Positions 1 through 8,452 of a DNA stretch of 63,118 bases are shown piece after piece. The notes beneath the pieces are model-generated. The model worked only from the letters and a program-made list of their open reading frames with translations, made no database searches and was not told where the DNA came from. The DNA comes from a virus (taxonomy: Duplodnaviria > Caudoviricetes), in the IMG/VR virus record IMGVR_UViG_3300010042_000001, positions 1 to 63,118 of that record; one strand, given 5' to 3'. The position numbers and the translations under genes are program-made. Every line of letters starts with the position of its first letter. Within the stretch, counting starts at the first letter, position 1.

Positions 1-123
1 CGGCAGGATTTGAACCTGCGACCCTCTGCTCCCAAAGCAGTAGCGCTGCCAGACTGCGCCACATTCCGAAATCGCCGATGGGCACAGTCATCTGTTTCCA
101 GAGGCACAGGCCAGGTGCAAACA
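1..123. repeat. Terminal direct repeat identical to 62996-63118 (circular assembly overlap)
   Basis: The first and last 123 nt are identical, and the repeat cuts through a tRNA gene. Confidence 0.95.
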
Positions 124-139
124 GCCGTTGCTCGCGAAC

Positions 140-223
140 AAGCTAAGGGCCCACCGACTGGCAAGGTGTCACAGGCGCCAGCCGACTGACTTGTGTCGGT
201 GCGGGTCTGCGTACCCCTTGCTT
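140..223 (-). ncRNA. Putative ~85-nt hairpin RNA, first unit of the ncRNA operon
   Basis: Minus-strand stems AAGC-AAGGG/CCCTT-A-GCTT and CACCGAC/GTCGGTG start just after a sigma70 promoter; no credible ORF. Confidence 0.5.
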
Positions 224-230
224 GGAACCG

Positions 231-258
231 AATATAGCACACGCTAAAAAGACGTCAA
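231..258 (-). promoter_or_regulatory. Sigma70 promoter driving the ncRNA/tRNA cluster
   Basis: TTGACG-N16-TATATT with an extended -10 TG; the -35 overlaps the terL stop codon. Confidence 0.75.
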
Positions 259-2429
259 CCCAAATTTGCCTGCGCGTGCCGTCTTTTTTTCCGTTGCGCC
301 GGCCGCAGAACGCGGACCTCGGTAGGTTCCTCGCGCGTGTTGGCCTGCAGCGCGCGGCGGTCGGCCCTGGAAACCACCAGGCTGTTGCAGTAGAGCGGCG
401 AGAGCTGCGGCGGCACCTTGTTCCAGTCCACAATCTTGTCCAGGCCCAGGTAGAGGTAGCCGGCGTGGGCCATGCGGCACAAGTCGAATGTCTCGTTGCG
501 CGAGCGCACCTTGCTCCAGATCCCGCTCGGGCTGCGCGTCTCGGCGTGCAGCTCGTCGAAAAACGCCACCGTGACCCAGCCGTTTGGCCACAGGGTCGGA
601 TGCTTCGCCTTGGGGAAGTGGATGTAGCCAGGGCCTGGCACATCGCGGCGTAGCCCGCTGTCCACGGCGTCCGAGAGCAGGTGCGGATTGCAGAGCTGCA
701 GCGGCACGTCGCCGGTCTTGTTGTTCTTGCCCCCCACCATGGTCTCTCGGACCACTGGCGCCTTGGGCTCGCTCCCGCCCTTGTACAGCATCACGCGGTT
801 GTGCAGCTTCTCGGCGCGCAGGCGACGATACCAGGCGTATGCGTTGTGCGATACGCCCTCGCCGCCGTTGGCCTTGCCCTCACCGCCGGTATCGACCACG
901 GTCATGAGTGGGTGCAGCTCGCGCTCGTCCTCGGGTGTGCGCCACGTGGCCCGAATCACCAGCTCGGTGATCTGGTCCCAGTCCTCGGCAAAACCGGCGG
1001 GGTCGATTGGTGCGAACTCCTGGCCAGAGCCAGGGCGCCGCGAGTCCTTGATCTCGAAGCGGTCGATGACCCAGCGCTCGCCGTAGGGCCCGACTGCCTG
1101 GATCTGCACCACGAACCGCGCATTGGACCCACCCTGCACGTCCACTGCCGCGATGATGCAGCGGGTTTCCGCCGGTGCGATGTACTGCGGGTATTCCTCC
1201 GCACGCTCGGCAGGGGTCTTTCCGTTGGTCTTGTTGTCGGCCAGGTGCCTTGGCATGTAGGGCATGCCTTGGTCGGTGTTGACCGTCTGCTTTAGCTTTT
1301 CTTCCGAGCCCGTCAGCGCGAATTCCTGGAGCCCGATCAGGTACTGCTCGATCAGCGATTGCCAGGACTGGTATGCAGCGGCCACGCCCCCGAGCCAGTA
1401 GCCCTGCATGGTCGATTGCCGGCTCTCCCCGTGCATGTTTCCTTCGTCGTCCACAGTGACGCCATCGGGCAACCAGACACCGCGCGAATTCATTTCCTTT
1501 TTGGCGCTCGGTTGGATGATGCAGCCGTGGACGGGGCACGTGATGCGCGCATAGTGCTTGGCCATCACCGGTGCGCTGATCGAGCGCGCGTCTCGCACCA
1601 GTTCCTCGAAGGACGGCATGCGGAACAGGTCCAGGCCAGGGGCCGCCTCGAAGTACGAGCCGCACTCGGGACAGCGCCAGTACCAGCGCTGGCGGTCGGT
1701 GCGGTTGTAGAGCGACAAGATCCCGCCGGTGGGTGGGGCCTCGTGCGCCGTGGCCGGCGTCCAGCCGAGCGAGATCAGCGGCTTGCCGGGGCTGGACTCG
1801 ACTAGGGTCATGCCGCGCGACATGAAGGTGGTTGTGCGCTTTTTGGCCAAGTCGAACAACGGGCCTTCGCCGTCCACGTTCTCCGCGTTGGCCATCCGGT
1901 CGATATCGGTGATGGCCACGTACCGGTAGGTCGAGCCGGAGACGTTGGAGACGGTCGGCCAGGCGATCCGCACCCACATGCCATGCCGGAACATTTTGTC
2001 GAACGTGTTGTCGTCCACGTCGCGCGCCGAGAGCATGGCCTTGACGTGCTCGCTGTGGCGCAGCGCGCTGTCGATATCGGTCTTGGAGAATTCCCGCGCC
2101 TTGTCCTTGTTCATCTGGATGAACAGCATGTTGCCGGGGTCGTTCACCACGTTGTGGCACATCCAGCCGACCAGCAGGCCGGCGGTCTTGCCTGTCCGTG
2201 CCGGCCCGACGAACACAGTGGCCTCGTGCAGCCGCGAGGCGAGCGAATTGAGGGGGGCGACCATGTAGGGCGTCGCGCTCGCGCTCCAGGCCGTGGCCGC
2301 ACCGCCGGTCTGCTTAATGATCAGGTTTTTGGCGGCCCCTTCGCTGATGGTCACTCGGTTGGGTGCCTTGAACGCTTCGTACCCGCTGCACACATCGCTC
2401 AGCGCGCGCCCGTAGTGCGACTGGTCCAT
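255..2429 (-). CDS. terL: Terminase large subunit (lambda gpA family)
   Basis: 724 aa; Walker A GPARTGKT, WYWRCPECG, nuclease motif AAVDVQ, RNETFD; directly downstream of terS. Confidence 0.95.
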   Translation of the reverse strand: MDQSHYGRALSDVCSGYEAFKAPNRVTISEGAAKNLIIKQTGGAATAWSASATPYMVAPLNSLASRLHEATVFVGPARTGKTAGLLVGWMCHNVVNDPGNMLFIQMNKDKAREFSKTDIDSALRHSEHVKAMLSARDVDDNTFDKMFRHGMWVRIAWPTVSNVSGSTYRYVAITDIDRMANAENVDGEGPLFDLAKKRTTTFMSRGMTLVESSPGKPLISLGWTPATAHEAPPTGGILSLYNRTDRQRWYWRCPECGSYFEAAPGLDLFRMPSFEELVRDARSISAPVMAKHYARITCPVHGCIIQPSAKKEMNSRGVWLPDGVTVDDEGNMHGESRQSTMQGYWLGGVAAAYQSWQSLIEQYLIGLQEFALTGSEEKLKQTVNTDQGMPYMPRHLADNKTNGKTPAERAEEYPQYIAPAETRCIIAAVDVQGGSNARFVVQIQAVGPYGERWVIDRFEIKDSRRPGSGQEFAPIDPAGFAEDWDQITELVIRATWRTPEDERELHPLMTVVDTGGEGKANGGEGVSHNAYAWYRRLRAEKLHNRVMLYKGGSEPKAPVVRETMVGGKNNKTGDVPLQLCNPHLLSDAVDSGLRRDVPGPGYIHFPKAKHPTLWPNGWVTVAFFDELHAETRSPSGIWSKVRSRNETFDLCRMAHAGYLYLGLDKIVDWNKVPPQLSPLYCNSLVVSRADRRALQANTREEPTEVRVLRPAQRKKRRHAQANLG

Positions 2430-2908
2430 TATTTGCCCTTGCCTTTTTCTGGCTCGTCGGTCACGAACATTTCTAGTTCGTTGGCCAAAGTGGTCAGCGC
2501 TTCGTTAATCGACTCTTCGATTTTCACCAAAACCGCCGGGTCCAGGCCAAACTCCTTTTCCAGAATATCCGGGATCTGGCGAATATGGCTGGCCACGCTC
2601 GCGAGCGCTTCGGCCGATGCCTCCCGGTACGCTGACCGAGAGAGGTATTCCCCGCTGTCGATCTGGAATCTCAGTTCGGCGTTTTTGGCGTCGGCCTGCG
2701 CCTTGGCCAGCTTCGCGTCCGACAGTTCAATGGCCCGCTTCGTGGCCTCGGATAGGTGGGGCGCATCTGGGCTATCGGCCTGGCTCCGATCCTTGGGCGA
2801 ATATCCCGGTTTGCGGCCAGCGCCCTCCCGCCGCCCGCCTTTATTCGGTCGCAAAGTGCCATCGGTCTGGAGTTCAAAGTCAGCATTCATACCTGCATTA
2901 TTCCTCAT
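2429..2908 (-). CDS. terS: Terminase small subunit (start may be 2890)
   Basis: GGRREGAGRK DNA-binding motif and coiled coil; TAATG overlap with terL. Confidence 0.85.
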   Translation of the reverse strand: MRNNAGMNADFELQTDGTLRPNKGGRREGAGRKPGYSPKDRSQADSPDAPHLSEATKRAIELSDAKLAKAQADAKNAELRFQIDSGEYLSRSAYREASAEALASVASHIRQIPDILEKEFGLDPAVLVKIEESINEALTTLANELEMFVTDEPEKGKGK

Positions 2909-3015
2909 TTAGCGATTGCTATGTAAGACATAGGCATCTGTGACCTGGATGTAGGTAATCCGGTGTAACGGACGATTATCAATGACAAAAAAGTTCGGAA
3001 TAAGCGTTCACCGCG

Positions 3016-3027
3016 CTCATTGTCACC
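3016..3027 (-). other. Predicted cosN 12-nt cohesive end GGTGACAATGAG
   Basis: TGCG|GGTGACAATGAG|CGCG on the minus strand upstream of terS, lambda-like symmetric flanks, and a cosQ-like GGGGCCCC about 20 nt upstream. Confidence 0.5.
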
Positions 3028-3362
3028 CGCACGTCTATGAACTCCACAGGGGCCCCCGGAATTAATTAAATCCCGCGCGTGAACAGGATTGCTGTGGCTT
3101 GAGCTGTAACGCAACACACAACACATACACACAACAGAGTCTGCGCTGTGACGCATGGCCGGCTGTTGTTAGTTGTGCATAGCGTTACAACACACCGTGC
3201 ATACGCTGGTCTGTGCATGGTGTGTTGCGTGTTCATGCTCATTAGACGCACTGTGTACATGCATGCGCTACACGCCAGGTAGAGGTGGCCATGACCTGCC
3301 CTGTAGTGTGTGTTGTTACATGTAGCGTTACAATTTATTTTCAGCATGGTGCATGAAACCTA

Positions 3363-3390
3363 TTGACAGTGGATGCAGTAACGCTACAAT
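3363..3390 (+). promoter_or_regulatory. Strong sigma70 early promoter
   Basis: TTGACA-N16-TACAAT upstream of an AGGAG RBS and the early operon. Confidence 0.85.
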
Positions 3391-3425
3391 CAACACATCG
3401 CAACAGACAAACAGGAGCTGACACC

Positions 3426-3584
3426 ATGTACCGCAACGAACACACTGCCAACGAAGCCCTTGCCACTATGGCCACAGAGCGGGCCCGTTGGGCTGCAGCA
3501 CTGGCCGCACCTGCCAGCCGCACGGCACGCACCGTGCACAAGAAAATGGGTTTTATCGCCCGCATCGTGGCTTTGTTCGCATAA
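3426..3584 (+). CDS. Early hypothetical protein
   Basis: AGGAG RBS; first gene after the promoter. Confidence 0.7.
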   Translation: MYRNEHTANEALATMATERARWAAALAAPASRTARTVHKKMGFIARIVALFA

Positions 3585-3594
3585 GGGGCGAGTA

Positions 3595-3813
3595 ATGAAC
3601 ACAGCTCAAATTGAAGCGCTTGTAGTAGCAGATTCGCACCTCGCAAGTGTAGGTCTGTTGTCCTACGCCCAGTTACTTGAATTGTTGAATGACGCAGCCC
3701 GATTGGGTTTGACGTTCGATATTGGTAGCGCGTATATCCGCCGGTGCTATATCGACGAACAAACGGCCCTTTGCGCCCGCATAGCGGCTGCGAATGGCAA
3801 TGTGAAACCCTGA
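3595..3813 (+). CDS. Early hypothetical protein
   Basis: AAGGGG RBS; MNTAQIEA start; operon packing. Confidence 0.7.
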   Translation: MNTAQIEALVVADSHLASVGLLSYAQLLELLNDAARLGLTFDIGSAYIRRCYIDEQTALCARIAAANGNVKP

Positions 3814-3826
3814 GCAGGAATAAACC

Positions 3827-4021
3827 ATGCTTACCCTCTCTGCCCTGCTTTCCATCGTTCTGCAGTTCTATCCCTCTGCTCAAGTCGAATATGTGCCTGT
3901 TGGTAATATGGCCTATGCGTCTGATTGCATTATGCAATCCGCTACTGATGGTGTTTTGCTGTACTGCTTTGCAGACAACAAAGCCGTTGTTATGGCGACG
4001 AACGAAAAAGACTTTCTTTAA
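3827..4021 (+). CDS. Early hypothetical protein with hydrophobic N-terminus
   Basis: AGGA RBS; 64 aa. Confidence 0.65.
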   Translation: MLTLSALLSIVLQFYPSAQVEYVPVGNMAYASDCIMQSATDGVLLYCFADNKAVVMATNEKDFL

Positions 4022-4049
4022 TCCCTCTATTCTCGATAGGAGCTGAACC

Positions 4050-4475
4050 ATGCAAGCCATTCGCACAAAGTACATTGGCCCCTCGAATTTCAAGGGTTCA
4101 CGCATACAAGCCAAATGTGAAGCAAAAACGATTTACGTTTCTTATGACCATGCGCTGAACATCGACGAAAACCACAAAGCCGCGTGCACTGCGCTTTTGT
4201 CAGCCATGGGTTGGAATACTGATGGCTATGGCGATATGGTAGGGGGTGTTTTCGATAACTGCCATTATTGGGTTTTCGACGATAAGCGCCTTAAAGCCAT
4301 CGACGAATGGGTGAAACTGACCCGTAAAGCTACGCCTACCGGTAATCCATGGTGTAAACCGGAGTTTCGTGCATTGGTCGAATGCGTGGCCCGTTCACAG
4401 GGTTTTTATGGCACCGCTTTCGAGTGGTCAGATATTCGGGATGCTTCGCCTAAGTGGGGTACACCGAATGCCTAA
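4050..4475 (+). CDS. Early hypothetical protein
   Basis: AGGAG RBS; MQAIRTKYIGP..GSRI.A N-terminus of a kind seen in phage early genes. Confidence 0.8.
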   Translation: MQAIRTKYIGPSNFKGSRIQAKCEAKTIYVSYDHALNIDENHKAACTALLSAMGWNTDGYGDMVGGVFDNCHYWVFDDKRLKAIDEWVKLTRKATPTGNPWCKPEFRALVECVARSQGFYGTAFEWSDIRDASPKWGTPNA

Positions 4476-4695
4476 CCGAATTTATCCTGTTTCTTTCGGT
4501 TTTAATATCTCGGTAGAAATTATCCGAAACCTCGAAACCGACAATGCAAAGGTCGTTATCCATTCGCCTATGTACAGGAACAAACAAAGCGCAATGCCGC
4601 ATTCGTACAAAGCAAGCCAATATTCTGATTGTGAGATTTTGCGTGACTCGGATTTTATCCGGGTTATGGCTGGAAAATTTCCAGCGGTAAAGTAA
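4468..4695 (+). CDS. Early hypothetical protein
   Basis: MPNRIYP start overlapping the upstream stop. Confidence 0.65.
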   Translation: MPNRIYPVSFGFNISVEIIRNLETDNAKVVIHSPMYRNKQSAMPHSYKASQYSDCEILRDSDFIRVMAGKFPAVK

Positions 4696-4765
4696 CCACT
4701 GATAGGCGTAGAACCCTGCGCCTATTGTTGGGAATTTTCCCTAGTTGAAACGAATGGAGTTGATT

Positions 4766-5083
4766 ATGAAAATTGTTCTTGAACGCCACCGCTTCGCCCC
4801 GGAATTGAACAAAGCCTATGTTGGCCCATCGCGTGTTTGCGTGCCTGCACCCGGTTGCACAACTATCCGCGCCGTGCGCGAAAAACTGTTTGCCCCGTTG
4901 AAATATCGCGGTCGATTTGTGACTCTCCGGGCGGAAAATACGCCGGGTAATAGGGGTTGCAACGAAACCCGCACCGGTTTTTGCAACAATATTCGCTCCC
5001 TGTCTGGCGCATTGGTGCTTTTCCGCAATCGCCACAATCTGCCCGGTTGCGTGCATACCGTTAACACTCGATTGATTGGGTAA
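4766..5083 (+). CDS. Early hypothetical protein
   Basis: GGAG RBS before MKIVLERH. Confidence 0.7.
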   Translation: MKIVLERHRFAPELNKAYVGPSRVCVPAPGCTTIRAVREKLFAPLKYRGRFVTLRAENTPGNRGCNETRTGFCNNIRSLSGALVLFRNRHNLPGCVHTVNTRLIG

Positions 5084-5086
5084 GCT

Positions 5087-5197
5087 GTGGCCCACCAACA
5101 AACCATTAGCCGCCGTGTTTTCTATGCCCTTGGGGGCCTTGAAAATCCTGCACTGTATCGCAAGGGCAACCGCTTTTATATTCGAGGTGTGGCATGA
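5087..5197 (+). CDS. 36-aa early protein (below the ORF-track cutoff)
   Basis: GTG start, MAHQQTISRRVFYALGG..., ATGA overlap with the next gene. Confidence 0.55.
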   Translation: MAHQQTISRRVFYALGGLENPALYRKGNRFYIRGVA

Positions 5198-5604
5198 AAA
5201 AGACCGATTTTGAGTGGCAACAAGAATGCAAGTTTATCGATTCGTTGGTTGATAAAAAAGGCGTGGTTCCGAATATGAACAACGACACACCTACTTTCAT
5301 TCGCTATTGCGAAATGCAACGTGATGCTGCGGGGCGTGACGGCCAATTTGATGCATCGACGTCAATTCAGCACGTTATCGACGATATGCAAGACTACGCG
5401 CAATCGGTCGATACCGGCTATCTGCACCATGGCAAAGGAACAGCGGGCCCGTTTCGCACTGAATCGGTGAAACTCCGGCACGAAGCGCCTGACAATTGGT
5501 TTGCCCGATTTGAAGGCAAATGGCGCAAGGTTAACGTACAGGTAAATCGTACGTTTATCGTGTTCCAAGGCGAAAAGATCGATATTCAAATTTGGGGAGT
5601 CTGA
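5194..5604 (+). CDS. Early hypothetical protein
   Basis: GAGGTG RBS; 136 aa. Confidence 0.7.
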   Translation: MKKTDFEWQQECKFIDSLVDKKGVVPNMNNDTPTFIRYCEMQRDAAGRDGQFDASTSIQHVIDDMQDYAQSVDTGYLHHGKGTAGPFRTESVKLRHEAPDNWFARFEGKWRKVNVQVNRTFIVFQGEKIDIQIWGV

Positions 5605-5606
5605 AA

Positions 5607-5945
5607 ATGGACCGTTTCGCAATTTGCCAAGCGTACGCACAACTTGAGTCTGATTACAACGTTGGCGGTATTCTACGGGAACGCCCTAGTAACCAAAGGC
5701 GCAGAGAATCTATCGGTTGCCAGTTGTCACGCATGAGCTTTTCAAACCCGCATGGTTGGATCGATATCGAGGCGGAACTAGATGAAAACGCTGATCACAG
5801 CGACGACGATATACGCGAAGTTTACATGCGTGCCGTACTGCGTTGGAATTTGCCAATCGATGCGGGTTTGTTGTCGGCCATGCGCCGTTTCTTTGCACCT
5901 GAATTTCTGGCAAAGTATCCGCAAACACAAGGTGTGTCGGCATGA
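5607..5945 (+). CDS. Early hypothetical protein
   Basis: GGGGAG RBS before MDRFAIC. Confidence 0.7.
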   Translation: MDRFAICQAYAQLESDYNVGGILRERPSNQRRRESIGCQLSRMSFSNPHGWIDIEAELDENADHSDDDIREVYMRAVLRWNLPIDAGLLSAMRRFFAPEFLAKYPQTQGVSA

Positions 5946-6133
5946 ACTACCGTCACCCAACATCAAAGCGCCGTGCTGTGGTTTATCACGTGTACGGGAC
6001 TAAATCGGCCCATGGGGTCCAATTTTTCAATTACCGCCAGCGCGTGCCCTACTTGGATTCGACATACGCAAGCAAAGCGGATGCGCTGGGCCATCTTGCT
6101 GCACTGGGTTATTCAATCGAGGGGAAAGCATGA
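5942..6133 (+). CDS. Early hypothetical protein
   Basis: ATGA overlaps at both ends. Confidence 0.65.
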   Translation: MNYRHPTSKRRAVVYHVYGTKSAHGVQFFNYRQRVPYLDSTYASKADALGHLAALGYSIEGKA

Positions 6134-6273
6134 GAAAAGAATTCATCAAGTGCGCCAGTCGCACCACTGCGCGGCGCCGTGCTCCTTGGGCTGCGGCCAC
6201 TATCCAATGCGAAGACGGTTTTATGGTTTTCGAATGCGTCAACGAGGCGCGAATTTTCAGGGGGCAGAAATGA
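6130..6273 (+). CDS. 47-aa early protein
   Basis: MRKEFIKC...RRRAPWAA..; GAGGGG RBS; ATGA overlaps at both ends. Confidence 0.65.
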   Translation: MRKEFIKCASRTTARRRAPWAAATIQCEDGFMVFECVNEARIFRGQK

Positions 6274-6638
6274 ACGCCGAAATCCATCCTATCGGTTCTA
6301 TCGTCCTGTCCGTTGCGGGTGAGCAGGATTGCGACGAACAAGACAACGAACGCAGCACGGGCCCGCGCGCATGGGGTTACATAGAGGATCATTTCCCGGA
6401 ATCCGGTTATTCGGTCGTTTTCCGTTTTGGTGTCGCGGTATTTATCACCCATGCGGAACTGGCCGATAGCCGCGCCTACGCGGTTGTTACCCCCGCTGTA
6501 ATGGCTGGCCGGTTGCGCGATATGCAATCCATCGAAAATGAAATTTGGGAAAAGGAGCGTTGCCCCACGGGCGACGATTACAACGATGTTGCCGGGATTT
6601 TTGGCGTCAATCCGGTAACTAGGGGAGTGCCAGCGTGA
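6270..6638 (+). CDS. Early acidic hypothetical protein
   Basis: MNAEIHP start by ATGA overlap. Confidence 0.7.
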   Translation: MNAEIHPIGSIVLSVAGEQDCDEQDNERSTGPRAWGYIEDHFPESGYSVVFRFGVAVFITHAELADSRAYAVVTPAVMAGRLRDMQSIENEIWEKERCPTGDDYNDVAGIFGVNPVTRGVPA

Positions 6639-6847
6639 GAAAAGCCGACTATGCAACCCTTGCCCAATTGATTCAGCAAGAACACGCCCACGCGCGTAAG
6701 TGTGTCGCCGAATCGTGGCGCCCACCTGAAACCCTTGCAAATTTCGAGGGTCAATCTCATGCGCTGGAATGGCTTGCAAAAGAATTCGCAAAATCGGCCA
6801 GCGTCAACCCTGCCGAATTCCTGAAAGCCTGCGGAATCGATCCGTAA
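6635..6847 (+). CDS. Early hypothetical protein
   Basis: GTGA overlap; GGGGAG RBS; ends FLKACG. Confidence 0.7.
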   Translation: MRKADYATLAQLIQQEHAHARKCVAESWRPPETLANFEGQSHALEWLAKEFAKSASVNPAEFLKACGIDP

Positions 6848-6890
6848 AACCGTTTTCGCCACGTGCCACCGGCCGCACGATAAAAAGCCG

Positions 6891-6946
6891 AAAAGCCTAG
6901 GGGCTGCAAACCATCTTCACCGGTGGAATGCAGCCCCTAGGCTTTT
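6891..6946. terminator. 18-bp perfect inverted repeat; probable terminator or processing site
   Basis: AAAAGCCTAGGGGCTGCA ... TGCAGCCCCTAGGCTTTT with A and T tails. Confidence 0.7.
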
Positions 6947-6978
6947 TGCGTTTCCGATACACAAAGGAGGTCCACACC

Positions 6979-7275
6979 ATGCCCCGCTATGTCCTGTTTC
7001 CCGGCCCCGTGCGCAGCGCCTACGATGGCCAATCGCACAACGTCAACCCGGCAATGCTGCGCTTTCTGTACCGCGTGCCTATCGATGCGCCTTGGATCGA
7101 TGCATGCCGGCCACTGGGGCCGGGGCAAGCCCCCTATGTGCCGCATCCCGACGATATCGAATGCAGGCCGCGTGCGGATGGCCTGTACCCGCGAATGAGC
7201 ATCCACAGTGCGCAGCCTGCACAGGGTTTCGAGCGTTTCCGGGCGGCCTATCAAGGGGTGCACCATGGCCGATAA
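6979..7275 (+). CDS. Hypothetical protein
   Basis: AAGGAGG RBS before MPRYVLFPG. Confidence 0.75.
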   Translation: MPRYVLFPGPVRSAYDGQSHNVNPAMLRFLYRVPIDAPWIDACRPLGPGQAPYVPHPDDIECRPRADGLYPRMSIHSAQPAQGFERFRAAYQGVHHGR

Positions 7276-7528
7276 CCTGCCCCGCTTGCGCCGCGTTCAG
7301 GTGCATTGCAATCCGCCACTAGTCGGGCTCCATGCGGGCGCCTACCACGTGGTGTACAGCTACTGGGTGTGGGAGTGCATCACCACTGGGCCCGATGCGC
7401 AGCCATGGCAACGCGGCAGGGCCCAGACGCCAGAAAAAGCCTACCGGGTACTGCAAAAGAAACTGGCGATGGCTGCGCGGCAGGACGAACGGGCGCAGCG
7501 CCGTGCACGAGCTGGCCTTGAAAGCTAA
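7265..7528 (+). CDS. Hypothetical protein
   Basis: AAGGGG RBS before MADNLPR. Confidence 0.6.
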   Translation: MADNLPRLRRVQVHCNPPLVGLHAGAYHVVYSYWVWECITTGPDAQPWQRGRAQTPEKAYRVLQKKLAMAARQDERAQRRARAGLES

Positions 7529-7757
7529 TCCACCGATTGAGCGGAGCGCCACATTTTCGGCGGATGAAAAAACAGGGGCCTGGATTTTGGGAGCACCTGC
7601 GCCTGGTGCATAAAATTTACAGGTCCGTAAAAACGTCACGCACACCAAACGCGAATTCGCGCTCTGGCTGTGAAAAGACCCCGTGGGGTGGGAGGGGGCG
7701 CCCATCCAAAAATGAAATCGGCTGGCCCTGCCGACCCCACCCCCGCCCATCCGATTT

Positions 7758-8363
7758 TCAATTCCTGGGGCCTACTTGGTCCCAGCACCAGGCAGGCAGG
7801 CTGCTGCCGGCCGGCGCGGCGGCCACGGGGAGCGGCTGCGGGAACTTCTGGTCTCCCATGTGGTGCTCTGCGACGAATGCGATCCGACCCACCCAAAAGC
7901 TCAGATCCTCGGGCTCCGAATACTTCGGCAGGTGACCGCAGCGAACCAGTGGAACCCACAAACCAAAGCGAGCCTTCACGATGGCCTTGCACAGCGCCTC
8001 GGGCTGGTTGCGGCCGGTGGCCGTGGCCTCGGACAGCCGGAACTCCGGCCTGTTCACCGCGAGCTGCACACGAACGGCCCAGCGTGTGCCGTTACCACCA
8101 ACCGCCTCGACCAACTCGCATTGCTCGATCAGGTGTTGGAACCAGCGGCCTGGTCGAGACGGGCGATACCACTCCCACATCCGGCCTTCGCCTTCGGTGG
8201 TCTCTTCGTCGCAATAGTTCTCCGGGTCCCACTCGTGCTCGAAGGCCGGTTGACCGGTGATGGGGCGCAGCACCAGCCGACCTGAGCCGGGTATCGCGAC
8301 CGCTGCAGCCACCCAGAAATCCAGGGTTGGGCCGGCAAGAATACCATCTACGTAGACTTTCAC
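7758..8363 (-). CDS. NinX/DUF2591-like protein
   Basis: N-terminal LAGPTLDFWVA..V and later PS..W.....E and A.CKAIV..RFG motifs. Confidence 0.55.
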   Translation of the reverse strand: MKVYVDGILAGPTLDFWVAAAVAIPGSGRLVLRPITGQPAFEHEWDPENYCDEETTEGEGRMWEWYRPSRPGRWFQHLIEQCELVEAVGGNGTRWAVRVQLAVNRPEFRLSEATATGRNQPEALCKAIVKARFGLWVPLVRCGHLPKYSEPEDLSFWVGRIAFVAEHHMGDQKFPQPLPVAAAPAGSSLPAWCWDQVGPRN

Positions 8364-8452
8364 GTTACATTCTCCGTTTTCAATAGGGGTTCAAGAAGGC
8401 CCCTGTCTTCGTTCAAGCTACCACCCCACTACCTTCGCCACAGACCCACCTT

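Noticed and set aside
80-100. Hammerhead ribozyme (GAAAC/CAGATGA) in the ncRNA operon
   Set aside because: The core would need CUGANGA and three properly arranged stems; not satisfied.
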